From contig CAVQWY010000002.1 in the NCBI GenBank assembly GCA_963717755.1, positions 826,013-890,012 of the forward strand: DNA of 64,000 bases, read 5' to 3'. Both the position numbers and the translations under genes were made by a program. This stretch comes from an uncultured Microthrixaceae bacterium (GTDB lineage: Bacteria; Actinomycetota; Acidimicrobiia; Acidimicrobiales; VFJN01). The notes under the pieces were generated by a model. The model was not told the DNA's origin. It was given only the letters and a program-made list of their open reading frames with translations, and made no database searches. This document shows, piece after piece, positions 54,785 to 62,537 of the stretch (positions are counted from its first letter, which is position 1; each line of letters opens with the position of its first letter).

Positions 54785-55885
54785 TCACTCCACCGTGGCG
54801 GTGAAGCCGCAGCACTCGAAGAGCTGGAAGCTCGGGCCTGAGATCTGTTGGATGACGACGTCGCCGAGGTCCGCGTGCGTATCGACGGACGCCGCGACCA
54901 CTGCCACGCCTCCGTGCCCGCCCGAGATGCGGTCGCCGTGCAGGGTGAAGGTGCCGTCCTGCAGTGCGATGCCGAAGTAGTCGTTGTTGCTGAGGAGGTT
55001 GTTGGCGATCTGCGCCTCCTCGCCCACGTAGATGCCGACCTGGTTGCGGAAGATGACGTTGCCCTCGATCACGGTGCCAGGCCCGCCGCCCGACACGCCG
55101 GCCACCTGGAACTCCTCGAAGAAGTCAGGACCGCATCCCAGGTTGCGTGAGCCGCAGGTGTTGCCGCTGATGGCGTTGCCGCGCACCTCGGCGCTGCCTC
55201 CGATCACCATCTCGATGCCGCCGGAGGCGAGGTGCCGCTTGGGCCCCGCACCGGCGACGATGTTGTCCTCGATCGTGGCGAACGAGCCCGCGCCCATGAC
55301 GATGATCCCCACCGCCTGGTAGCGCTCGACGACCGTGTGGCGGATCGTGGCGGTAGCGGTGGTGCTGGGACCGCCGACGCGGATGCCGTGGCCGCTGCGG
55401 AAGCACTCGACGAAGGGCTTGTCGTGGATGTCGGTCACCCGCGCATCGTGGAGGTCGAGGTCGGCGTTGGCGAGCACCAGGATCCCGTCCCTCAGCGCGC
55501 CGTTCGCGCACGTGCCCGAGCCCGGTCCGCTCACGGCCAGGTCTGACATCTCGACGTGTGCGCCGCTGCGGAGCTCCACGATCGCGGTGTCACCGCGGGG
55601 GTTCGGGGTGAGCGTGGCGGGAGCCCGCACCGTCGTCTTGGTGGCGCCGGCTCCCACGATCCGGAGGTTCTTGAGGATCGTCACCTGCTCGACATAGGTG
55701 CCTGCGCGCACCTCGATCGTGTCGCCCGAGTGCGCGGCATCGACGGCCGCCTGGATGGTCGGGTGGTCGTCGGGGACCACCAGGACCTCGGGCACCGCGG
55801 CTCCGGCGGTCGCGGCCACAGGGGCACCCCATGTGAGGGCGAGAAGCGCGCTGGCGACCAGCGCGCGAGCAGCTGAGATCCTCAT
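54785..55885 (-). CDS. Secreted right-handed beta-helix protein (pectin lyase-like/CASH/NosD-like fold)
   Basis: Signal peptide, VPDDHPTIQAAVDAA...GDTIEVRAGTYVE cap, repeated GI/NxI beta-helix turns; RBS GGAGG. Confidence 0.78.
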   Translation of the reverse strand: MRISAARALVASALLALTWGAPVAATAGAAVPEVLVVPDDHPTIQAAVDAAHSGDTIEVRAGTYVEQVTILKNLRIVGAGATKTTVRAPATLTPNPRGDTAIVELRSGAHVEMSDLAVSGPGSGTCANGALRDGILVLANADLDLHDARVTDIHDKPFVECFRSGHGIRVGGPSTTATATIRHTVVERYQAVGIIVMGAGSFATIEDNIVAGAGPKRHLASGGIEMVIGGSAEVRGNAISGNTCGSRNLGCGPDFFEEFQVAGVSGGGPGTVIEGNVIFRNQVGIYVGEEAQIANNLLSNNDYFGIALQDGTFTLHGDRISGGHGGVAVVAASVDTHADLGDVVIQQISGPSFQLFECCGFTATVE

Positions 55886-55954
55886 CGAATGACCTCCGAT
55901 CACGACGTGGACGTAAGTGTGCCATCGTCCACCGTGTCCGGCCCGAGGCCGACA

Positions 55955-56746
55955 TCACGTCGAGGCGACGACGTCCCGCCGCGAGAAGCTCACCGTCGCG
56001 ATGACGGCGATCGCCGCCACGTAGGCGGCCAACGTGAGCCCGGCCGTCAGCGTCCCTCGCGTGAACTGTTCCGTCTCGAGGTCGGCGCCGGTGACGAAGA
56101 TGGCGCCGTTCGGTCCGAGCAGGAACCGCGCCGCCCACGGCTTCCACGCGTGCACGATGTTCTCGACGACCATCAGGTAGCCGAACGCCACCCCCAGCGC
56201 CGCCGCGGTGTTGCGCCCGAGCATCGCGATCGACGCCATGAGCATGGCCGCGAGTCCCGTCAGCGCCGCGATGCGCAGGCACGCCCCGATGAGGGTCCAG
56301 AGCCACGCCGCGTCTGCGCCCTCCGTCGTGCCCGGCCCCAAGGCGGTGGGCAGGAAGGCGATGCAGAACAGTGCCAGCAGGACGACGGCGATCACGAAGG
56401 CCACGAGCCCGCACGCGATGACCTTGGCGGCTACGACTCGCCGCCGGTTCGGCTCCCAGGTGAGGAGGGTCACGAAGGTCCCGGCTCGCCACTCCGCACC
56501 GATCATCGATGCTCCTCCGAGCACGGCGCCGATCACCAGGAGCATCGCGCCGATCCCGATGATCGGGTCCTCCCCGTGCAGCCACAGGTCCACGAGGTGG
56601 AACTCCCCTGAGGTGCCGGCCGGGCCTGCCTCGCGCCGGGCGATCACGCCGGCGAACGCACACCCGACGACGGCGATGGCGACCAAGCCGCGCACCAACG
56701 GCCGGGAGAGGTAGCGGCGGATCTCGACGTCGAGCATGGTGATCAT
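55955..56746 (-). CDS. ABC-2 type exporter permease
   Basis: About six TMs, GAEWRAGT...LTWEPNR...K motif. Confidence 0.85.
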   Translation of the reverse strand: MITMLDVEIRRYLSRPLVRGLVAIAVVGCAFAGVIARREAGPAGTSGEFHLVDLWLHGEDPIIGIGAMLLVIGAVLGGASMIGAEWRAGTFVTLLTWEPNRRRVVAAKVIACGLVAFVIAVVLLALFCIAFLPTALGPGTTEGADAAWLWTLIGACLRIAALTGLAAMLMASIAMLGRNTAAALGVAFGYLMVVENIVHAWKPWAARFLLGPNGAIFVTGADLETEQFTRGTLTAGLTLAAYVAAIAVIATVSFSRRDVVAST

Positions 56747-57678
56747 CGCAGGGCCTCCTCGGCCGGGGGGTTGGCGGTCAGCTCGAGGAACACGTCCTCG
56801 AGGGTCACCTCGTCGATCCGGAGCTCGGTCACCCAGAGCTCCCGCTGGGCGAGCACCCGGGACACGCGCTCGGCGTCCGACGGCGGGAGGTCCACCGTCA
56901 GCGTCGTGTGGTTCCGCGACGCGGGGATGCCGGCGTCGTGCAGGGCGATGAGCCCGGCGTCGAGGTCGGCCATGCCCACCCGCAGCGTCGACCGGCGGCC
57001 ACGACGCAGGACGTCGCTCACCGGCCCTGCGGCCACGCACCGGCCTTGCGACAGGATGGCGACCCGATCGCACGTGTGCTCGATCTCCACGAGGAGGTGG
57101 CTGGAGACGAACACGGTGCGGCCCTCGTCGCCGAGCGAGCGGAGCAGCTCACGGATCTCCTTGATGCCGGCCGGGTCGAGGCCGTTGGCGGGCTCGTCGA
57201 GGAGGAGCACCTCAGGGTCCTTGAGCAGCGCCTGGGCCAGGCCGAGGCGCTGCCGCATGCCGAGCGAGTAGGTGCGGACCAGGTCCTCGCCGCGCTCCGC
57301 GAGACCAACGCGATCCAGCACGAGGTCCACCGCCGCGGGGCCGATCCCCTCCGTCCGCGCGAGCAGGCGGAGGTTCCGCCGCCCCGTCATGGTCGGGAAC
57401 AGGGCGGGGGTCTCGACGATGGCCCCGACCCGGCGGATGACCGTGCCGACGTCGGCGGGTGTCGCGACGCCCAGCAGCCGGCACGACCCCGCCGTCGGGC
57501 GGGCCAGGCCGAGCAGGCAGCGGATCGTCGTCGTCTTGCCCGACCCGTTCGGTCCGAGGAAGCCGAACACCCCGCCCTCGGGCACCTCGAGGTCGAGCCC
57601 GTCGATCGCCACCTGCCGCCGACCCCGCAGGTGGCGGTACTCCTTGCGCAACCCCGAGATCTCGATCACCGATGTCAT
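56743..57678 (-). CDS. ABC exporter ATP-binding protein (BcrA-like signature)
   Basis: GFLGPNGSGKTT, YSLGMRQRL, LDEPANGLDP, SSHLL. Confidence 0.92.
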   Translation of the reverse strand: MTSVIEISGLRKEYRHLRGRRQVAIDGLDLEVPEGGVFGFLGPNGSGKTTTIRCLLGLARPTAGSCRLLGVATPADVGTVIRRVGAIVETPALFPTMTGRRNLRLLARTEGIGPAAVDLVLDRVGLAERGEDLVRTYSLGMRQRLGLAQALLKDPEVLLLDEPANGLDPAGIKEIRELLRSLGDEGRTVFVSSHLLVEIEHTCDRVAILSQGRCVAAGPVSDVLRRGRRSTLRVGMADLDAGLIALHDAGIPASRNHTTLTVDLPPSDAERVSRVLAQRELWVTELRIDEVTLEDVFLELTANPPAEEALR

Positions 57679-57718
57679 GGCCGGAGCGTCGCGGAGGGGC
57701 GTCCCGAGATCGTTACGG
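57679..57718 (-). promoter_or_regulatory. Putative SARP-activated leaderless promoter, copy A
   Basis: CCGTAACGATCTCGGGACGCccctcCGCGACgctccggcc-ATG; near-identical, identically spaced copy at 60612-60651. Confidence 0.6.
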
Positions 57719-57789
57719 CGCCTGGCGATCCGGCCGTTTCGTTGCGGTACGGGACCAGGAGGCGTACAACGGCTCCGGGAGGTGGGCGC

Positions 57790-60687
57790 ATGGTGGGGGG
57801 ACCGGCTGCCGCTGACATCGTCATCTCGGTGCTCGGATCGCCGCGCGTCGAGTGCGGCGGCGCCGCGGTCAAGTTCGACACCCGCAAGGCCACCGCGCTG
57901 CTCGCCTACCTGGCGGTGACCGATCAGCCGCAGCGGCGCGAGACCCTTGCCGCCCTGCTCTGGCCCGACGCGGACGAGACCCGCGCCCGCTCCGCCCTCC
58001 GCCGGACCCTGTCGGTCGTCAAGCAGGGCCTCACCGATCGAGGCCTGAGCGTCACCCGTGACGAGGTCGCCCTGCTGGACGGCGACGGCATCGCGATCGA
58101 CGTGCGAGAGCTCCTCACCGGGTTGGCCTCCACTGACATCGAGGAGGTGGCTGCCGCCGCGTCGTTGTGGCGAGGCGATCTGCTGGCCGGCTTCGCGCTC
58201 CGCGACAGCGCCGCGTTCGACGAATGGCAGGTGCGCGAGGCGGAGCGACTTCGTCGGGCGTTGGCCACCGCCTCCGCCCGTCTCGTCGACGCGCTCGCCG
58301 CCGAGGGTCGGGTCGACGAGGCCACCGATCACGCCCAGCGCTGGCTCGACCTCGACCCGCTGCACGAACCCGCGCACCGGGCCCTCATGCGCCTCCACGC
58401 GCAGCGAGGGGACCGGGGCGCCGCGGTCCACCAGTACCGAGCGTGCGTGCGCACCATGGACGAGGAGCTCGGCGTCGCCCCTCTGGAAGAGACGACGGCG
58501 CTCTACGACGCCATCGCCGCTGGCGACGTGGCCTCGGTGCCCGCTCCCTCGAACGGCACCGCGATCCCCGCCGGGCTCGGTCGCTACCCGTTCACCGGTC
58601 GGACCCGTGAGGTGGCCGCCCTCGACGCGGCGATCGGAACCGGTCGGGTCGTCGTCGTGGACGGCGAGCCGGGCGTGGGCAAGACCCGTCTCGTCGAGGA
58701 GGTCCTCGCCGGGCGAGGAGCAGCCCCGCTCGTGGTGCGCTGCTACGAGAACGACGGGGACGTCCCGTACGGCCCCCTCGTCGAGCTGCTGCGCCTGGCG
58801 GCGGCCGATCCCGCGGCGGCGGCGCGGCTCGCCGCGCTCCCGGACGCGTGCGCCGCGGCGGTGGTCCGGCTGGTGCCCGAGCTCGGCCCGATCGACGAGG
58901 ACGAGCCGTCGGCTGGGCCGGGGGCCGAGGCTCGGTTCCTGGACAGCGTGGCTCGGGCGGTGACGGCAGCGGGAGGCACGCCGGCGGGCGTCATCGTGGT
59001 CGACGATGCCCAGTGGGCAGATCATGCGACCCAGCAGGTGCTCGCCCACCTCGTGCACCGGTCCGGCCCCCACGGCCCGTGCCTCGTGGTCATCCTCCGC
59101 ACGGGTGAGGTGGGCGACTCGGGGCCGCTCGGCCACGCGTTGGCCGACCGGCTGCGCGAGAGGGGCGGCGTCGCCGTCCGGCTCGACCGCCTCGACGCCA
59201 GCGCGGTGACGCAGCTCATCGAGGGGGCGGTCGACCCGGACACCGCGGCGCGGGTGACCGACGAGGTCGTTCGGGAGAGCGAAGGCCTGCCGTTCCTCGT
59301 GGTGGCCTACCTCGACGCGCTGTTGGGAGGGCAGGCCGCTCCGGTGGGGGTCGGCGATCTCTTGCACAACCGCCTCGCGACGCTGACCGACGGCGCCGCC
59401 CAGCTGCTCGCCACCGCGTCCGTCATCGGTCGCTCCTTCTCGTTCGACGCGGTCCGCACCGCCAGCGGGCGCAGTGAGGACGAGGCGGTGGTGGCCCTCG
59501 ACGAGCTGATCGCACGCGGGCTGGTGGACGAGCGCGACGCCCCCGACGGCCTCGCGTACGACTTCACGCACGGGCAGGTCCGCACCTTCGTGTACGACCG
59601 CACGTCACTCGCGCGGCGGCGCCTGCTCCACCACCGCGTGGCGGAGGCGTTGCTGGCGTCCGCGCGGCCGGTCGGCGATCCCGCCTCCACGGCCGCGGCG
59701 GTCGCGCACCACGAGCGTCAGGCCGGCCACGACGACCTGGCCGCAGAGCACTTCCGGCGAGCCGGCGACCACGCCCGGGCCGTCTACGCCAACGCCGACG
59801 CGCTCGGGCACTACGACGCCGCCCTCGCCCTCGGGCACCCCGCCGTCGCGGACCTGCACGAGGCCATCGGTGACCTCGAGACGCTCGAAGGCCGCTTCAT
59901 CGATGCGGTCGCGAGCTACGAGCGGGCCGCCGCCCGGCTCGGCCCTGAGGACGCCGCGCGCCTCGAGGGGAAGCTCGGCGGCGTGCACCAGCGCCGCGGC
60001 CACTGGCCGGCGGCCGAGGGCCACTACGCCGCAGCTCTCGCGGCCCTCGGCGAGCACGGGCCGGTCACGGCCCGAGCGCGGATCACGGCGGACCTGGCCA
60101 TCACCGCCCACCGCCAAGGGAGCACCGAGCGAGCGGGCCTGCTCGCCTACGAGGCGGTGCAGCTCGCCGAGCAGGCGGCGGACGAGCCGGCCCTGGTCCA
60201 CGCCGGCACCGTCGCCGGTCTCCTGGCCGCCGGACGGGGCGATGGCGCCGCCGCCCGTGAGCAGCTGGTGCGCACCTTCGACCTCGCGACGCGGGTGGGC
60301 GATCCCGCCGCCCGGGTTGCGGCGGCCAACGCCCTCGCCAGGATCGAGCGGACCTCCGGAGATCTGGGGCGGGCCGAGGCCCTGGTGGTGGAGGCCCTCG
60401 AGGTGTGCGTGGCGATCGGGGACCGTCACCGCGAGGCGGCGTTGCGGGACCTCCTCGCCCAGGTGCTCCATGAGGCGGGCCGGGCCGACGATGCCATGGA
60501 GCAGCTGAAGCGGGCCGTGGCGATCTTCGCCGACATCGGGGTGGAGGGCGGCTCCATCCAGACCGAGATCTGGCGGCTCAGCGAGTGGGTCGACCAGAGC
60601 TCCAGCCCGCTCCGTAACGATCCCGGAACGCTCGGGCGCGACAACGCCCAGATGGTGAGTGGTCCCGGGAGGCGGTGGCAGGGCTGA
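57790..60687 (+). CDS. Large SARP-family regulator (winged HTH + BTAD + AAA/STAND NTPase + TPR)
   Basis: VLGSP...KATALLAYLAV...RETLAALLWPD, LWRGDLL, DPLHEPAHRALM, GEPGVGKTRL, VVDDAQWAD, SEGLPFLV, TPR-like helices; RBS GGAGGT. Confidence 0.9.
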   Translation: MVGGPAAADIVISVLGSPRVECGGAAVKFDTRKATALLAYLAVTDQPQRRETLAALLWPDADETRARSALRRTLSVVKQGLTDRGLSVTRDEVALLDGDGIAIDVRELLTGLASTDIEEVAAAASLWRGDLLAGFALRDSAAFDEWQVREAERLRRALATASARLVDALAAEGRVDEATDHAQRWLDLDPLHEPAHRALMRLHAQRGDRGAAVHQYRACVRTMDEELGVAPLEETTALYDAIAAGDVASVPAPSNGTAIPAGLGRYPFTGRTREVAALDAAIGTGRVVVVDGEPGVGKTRLVEEVLAGRGAAPLVVRCYENDGDVPYGPLVELLRLAAADPAAAARLAALPDACAAAVVRLVPELGPIDEDEPSAGPGAEARFLDSVARAVTAAGGTPAGVIVVDDAQWADHATQQVLAHLVHRSGPHGPCLVVILRTGEVGDSGPLGHALADRLRERGGVAVRLDRLDASAVTQLIEGAVDPDTAARVTDEVVRESEGLPFLVVAYLDALLGGQAAPVGVGDLLHNRLATLTDGAAQLLATASVIGRSFSFDAVRTASGRSEDEAVVALDELIARGLVDERDAPDGLAYDFTHGQVRTFVYDRTSLARRRLLHHRVAEALLASARPVGDPASTAAAVAHHERQAGHDDLAAEHFRRAGDHARAVYANADALGHYDAALALGHPAVADLHEAIGDLETLEGRFIDAVASYERAAARLGPEDAARLEGKLGGVHQRRGHWPAAEGHYAAALAALGEHGPVTARARITADLAITAHRQGSTERAGLLAYEAVQLAEQAADEPALVHAGTVAGLLAAGRGDGAAAREQLVRTFDLATRVGDPAARVAAANALARIERTSGDLGRAEALVVEALEVCVAIGDRHREAALRDLLAQVLHEAGRADDAMEQLKRAVAIFADIGVEGGSIQTEIWRLSEWVDQSSSPLRNDPGTLGRDNAQMVSGPGRRWQG
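60612..60651 (+). promoter_or_regulatory. Putative SARP-activated promoter, copy B (inside the 3' tail of the regulator gene)
   Basis: CCGTAACGATCCCGGAACGCtcgggCGCGACaacgcccag-ATG. Confidence 0.6.
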
Positions 60688-62537
60688 TGGCTCCCCTCAT
60701 CCCGCTGCTCCTGCTCGGTGCCGTCGCCTGGTTGGTGGTCAAGTCTCGCCAGGAGACACGCCTCGGCGCGAGGCTGCGGCGGGTCGGCCGCTTCCTGCTC
60801 TGGGCCTTCTCGGTCATGACGATGCTCCTCGTCGGCCTCATCGCCGTGCTCGAGCTGGCGGACGCATCGCCGGTGGTGTGGGCGGCCGTCGCGACGGTCG
60901 CCATCGCAGGTGGGCTGGCCTGGAAGCTCCGACGCCGGGCGGCCAGTCGCTCGCCGCACCAGGTCGTCCGCATCGACCGGATCGCCTTCGTCGTCGCCTT
61001 CACCCTCTACGCCGGTGCCGCGATCGCCTGGCTGCTCCTCGGCCTCGTGCCGGCCCTCGCGGCAGCCATGCCGAGCTTCGCCGACCAGCTGCGCGAGTGG
61101 GGGAAGGGGGACGGCGTCTTCGCCGACATGGCGCACCAGGGGGCCGCGGCCTCGCGCAACTCCTCGAGCGGCGTGCAGGTGGTGCTCGACTACGCGTTCA
61201 GCGGGTTGAACCTCGGCCTGGCGGCCTTCCTCGTCGTCAAGGTGCGGGGCAACCGCACCGCCAACCTGCTGGCGATCGGGATGGTCGGGACGGCGGTGGC
61301 GTTCAACCTCCAGTCCCATGCGGCCCTCGGGCTGATCGGTCGCCACCTCGGCGACGCCACGAGCCTCTGGCACGATCTCGGCGTGCACGTGCTGGCGGGC
61401 ATCGCCTACGTGTTCGCGCTGCTCCTCTTCCCCGACGGGGAGGTCGATCGGACGAGAGGCCCGCACCTGATGGCTCTCGCCATCTTCTTCGGTCTCGTCT
61501 CGTTCACCGCCATCCCGAACCACACCAGCGCGCTTGTGCTGCTGTTCGGCGTCCTCGTCCCGGCGGCCGCCCTGGTCGCCCAGTCCCGGAGCTTCCGCGA
61601 GGCGCAGCGTCCCGAGCTGCGTCAGCTCTTCCGTCTGCTCCGGGGCGCGATGGGGTTGTCGCTCGCCGGTGCGATCGCGGTGCTCACGGTCACGAGCGTC
61701 CTCAACTCGCGCGACGATCGCTTCAGCGAGACCACCGTCGACTACGAGGTGGAGCCACTCCAGGTCGGCCGCTACGTCTTCTACTGCGACCCGCACACCG
61801 ACGACATGCGGGGGACGGTGCTCGTGCGCGAGCCGTTGGCCTCAGATGACGACACGCCGGTCGTGTCGATCAAGGCGCATGGCTCGAAGTTCGACAAGAG
61901 CCGACTCGAGCTGGTGGCTGATCGCCCCAACGTCATCCGCTTCACCAACACAGACGGCACCGAGCACAACGTGGCGATCTACCGGGCGGCGGTGCAGCAG
62001 GGCGAAGAGTTCGACGGCGAGCTGTTCAGCGGTCAGGACCTGGCCACGTTCACGTTCCGCGTCTTCCGGTTCGTGTTCGGGATCATCCCTGTCGCCCTGT
62101 TCGTGGCGATCCTGCGGTTCCACCTGTGGGATGTCGACCGGCTCGTGAACCGGGCGATGGTGTACGGCGCCCTCACCGGCCTCCTCGGGCTCGTGTACGG
62201 GGCCGGCGCCCTCGTGGTGGGGCTGGTGCCCGGACGGATCTTCAACCAGGGCGAGCTCGTGGCGGTCTGGGTCCTGGCCGCCGCGCTGCTCTTCCGGCCG
62301 GCCCGTCGGCGGCTCCAGGGCGCGATCGATCGGCGGTTCTACCGCGAGAAGCTCGACACGATCCGCACCCTGGAGACGTTCGCCACCCACGTGCGCGACC
62401 AGATCGACCTCGACGACCTCGCCGAGGAGCTCGTCTCCGTCGTGTCGACCACGATGCACCCCGAGCACGTGTCGCTGTGGATCCGTGAGGCCGAGGGGTC
62501 GGCGGCTCGCGAGCCTGTGTCAGGTGGTGCGCCGTGA
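60687..62537 (+). CDS. Polytopic membrane sensor with inserted cupredoxin domain and C-terminal partial GAF (start uncertain: 60652, 60675 or 60687)
   Basis: More than ten hydrophobic segments; LLLFPDG, AILRFHLWDVD, LFRPARRRLQGAIDRRFYR motifs of actinobacterial/Chloroflexi sensor TM domains; YCDPHTDDMRG and FTNTDGTEHNV cupredoxin motifs. Confidence 0.8.
   Translation: MAPLIPLLLLGAVAWLVVKSRQETRLGARLRRVGRFLLWAFSVMTMLLVGLIAVLELADASPVVWAAVATVAIAGGLAWKLRRRAASRSPHQVVRIDRIAFVVAFTLYAGAAIAWLLLGLVPALAAAMPSFADQLREWGKGDGVFADMAHQGAAASRNSSSGVQVVLDYAFSGLNLGLAAFLVVKVRGNRTANLLAIGMVGTAVAFNLQSHAALGLIGRHLGDATSLWHDLGVHVLAGIAYVFALLLFPDGEVDRTRGPHLMALAIFFGLVSFTAIPNHTSALVLLFGVLVPAAALVAQSRSFREAQRPELRQLFRLLRGAMGLSLAGAIAVLTVTSVLNSRDDRFSETTVDYEVEPLQVGRYVFYCDPHTDDMRGTVLVREPLASDDDTPVVSIKAHGSKFDKSRLELVADRPNVIRFTNTDGTEHNVAIYRAAVQQGEEFDGELFSGQDLATFTFRVFRFVFGIIPVALFVAILRFHLWDVDRLVNRAMVYGALTGLLGLVYGAGALVVGLVPGRIFNQGELVAVWVLAAALLFRPARRRLQGAIDRRFYREKLDTIRTLETFATHVRDQIDLDDLAEELVSVVSTTMHPEHVSLWIREAEGSAAREPVSGGAP

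Noticed and set aside
54785-57678. Calling the ABC plus beta-helix genes nosDFY
   Set aside because: No nosZ or nosL in view and the ATPase signature is BcrA-like; kept only as an analogy
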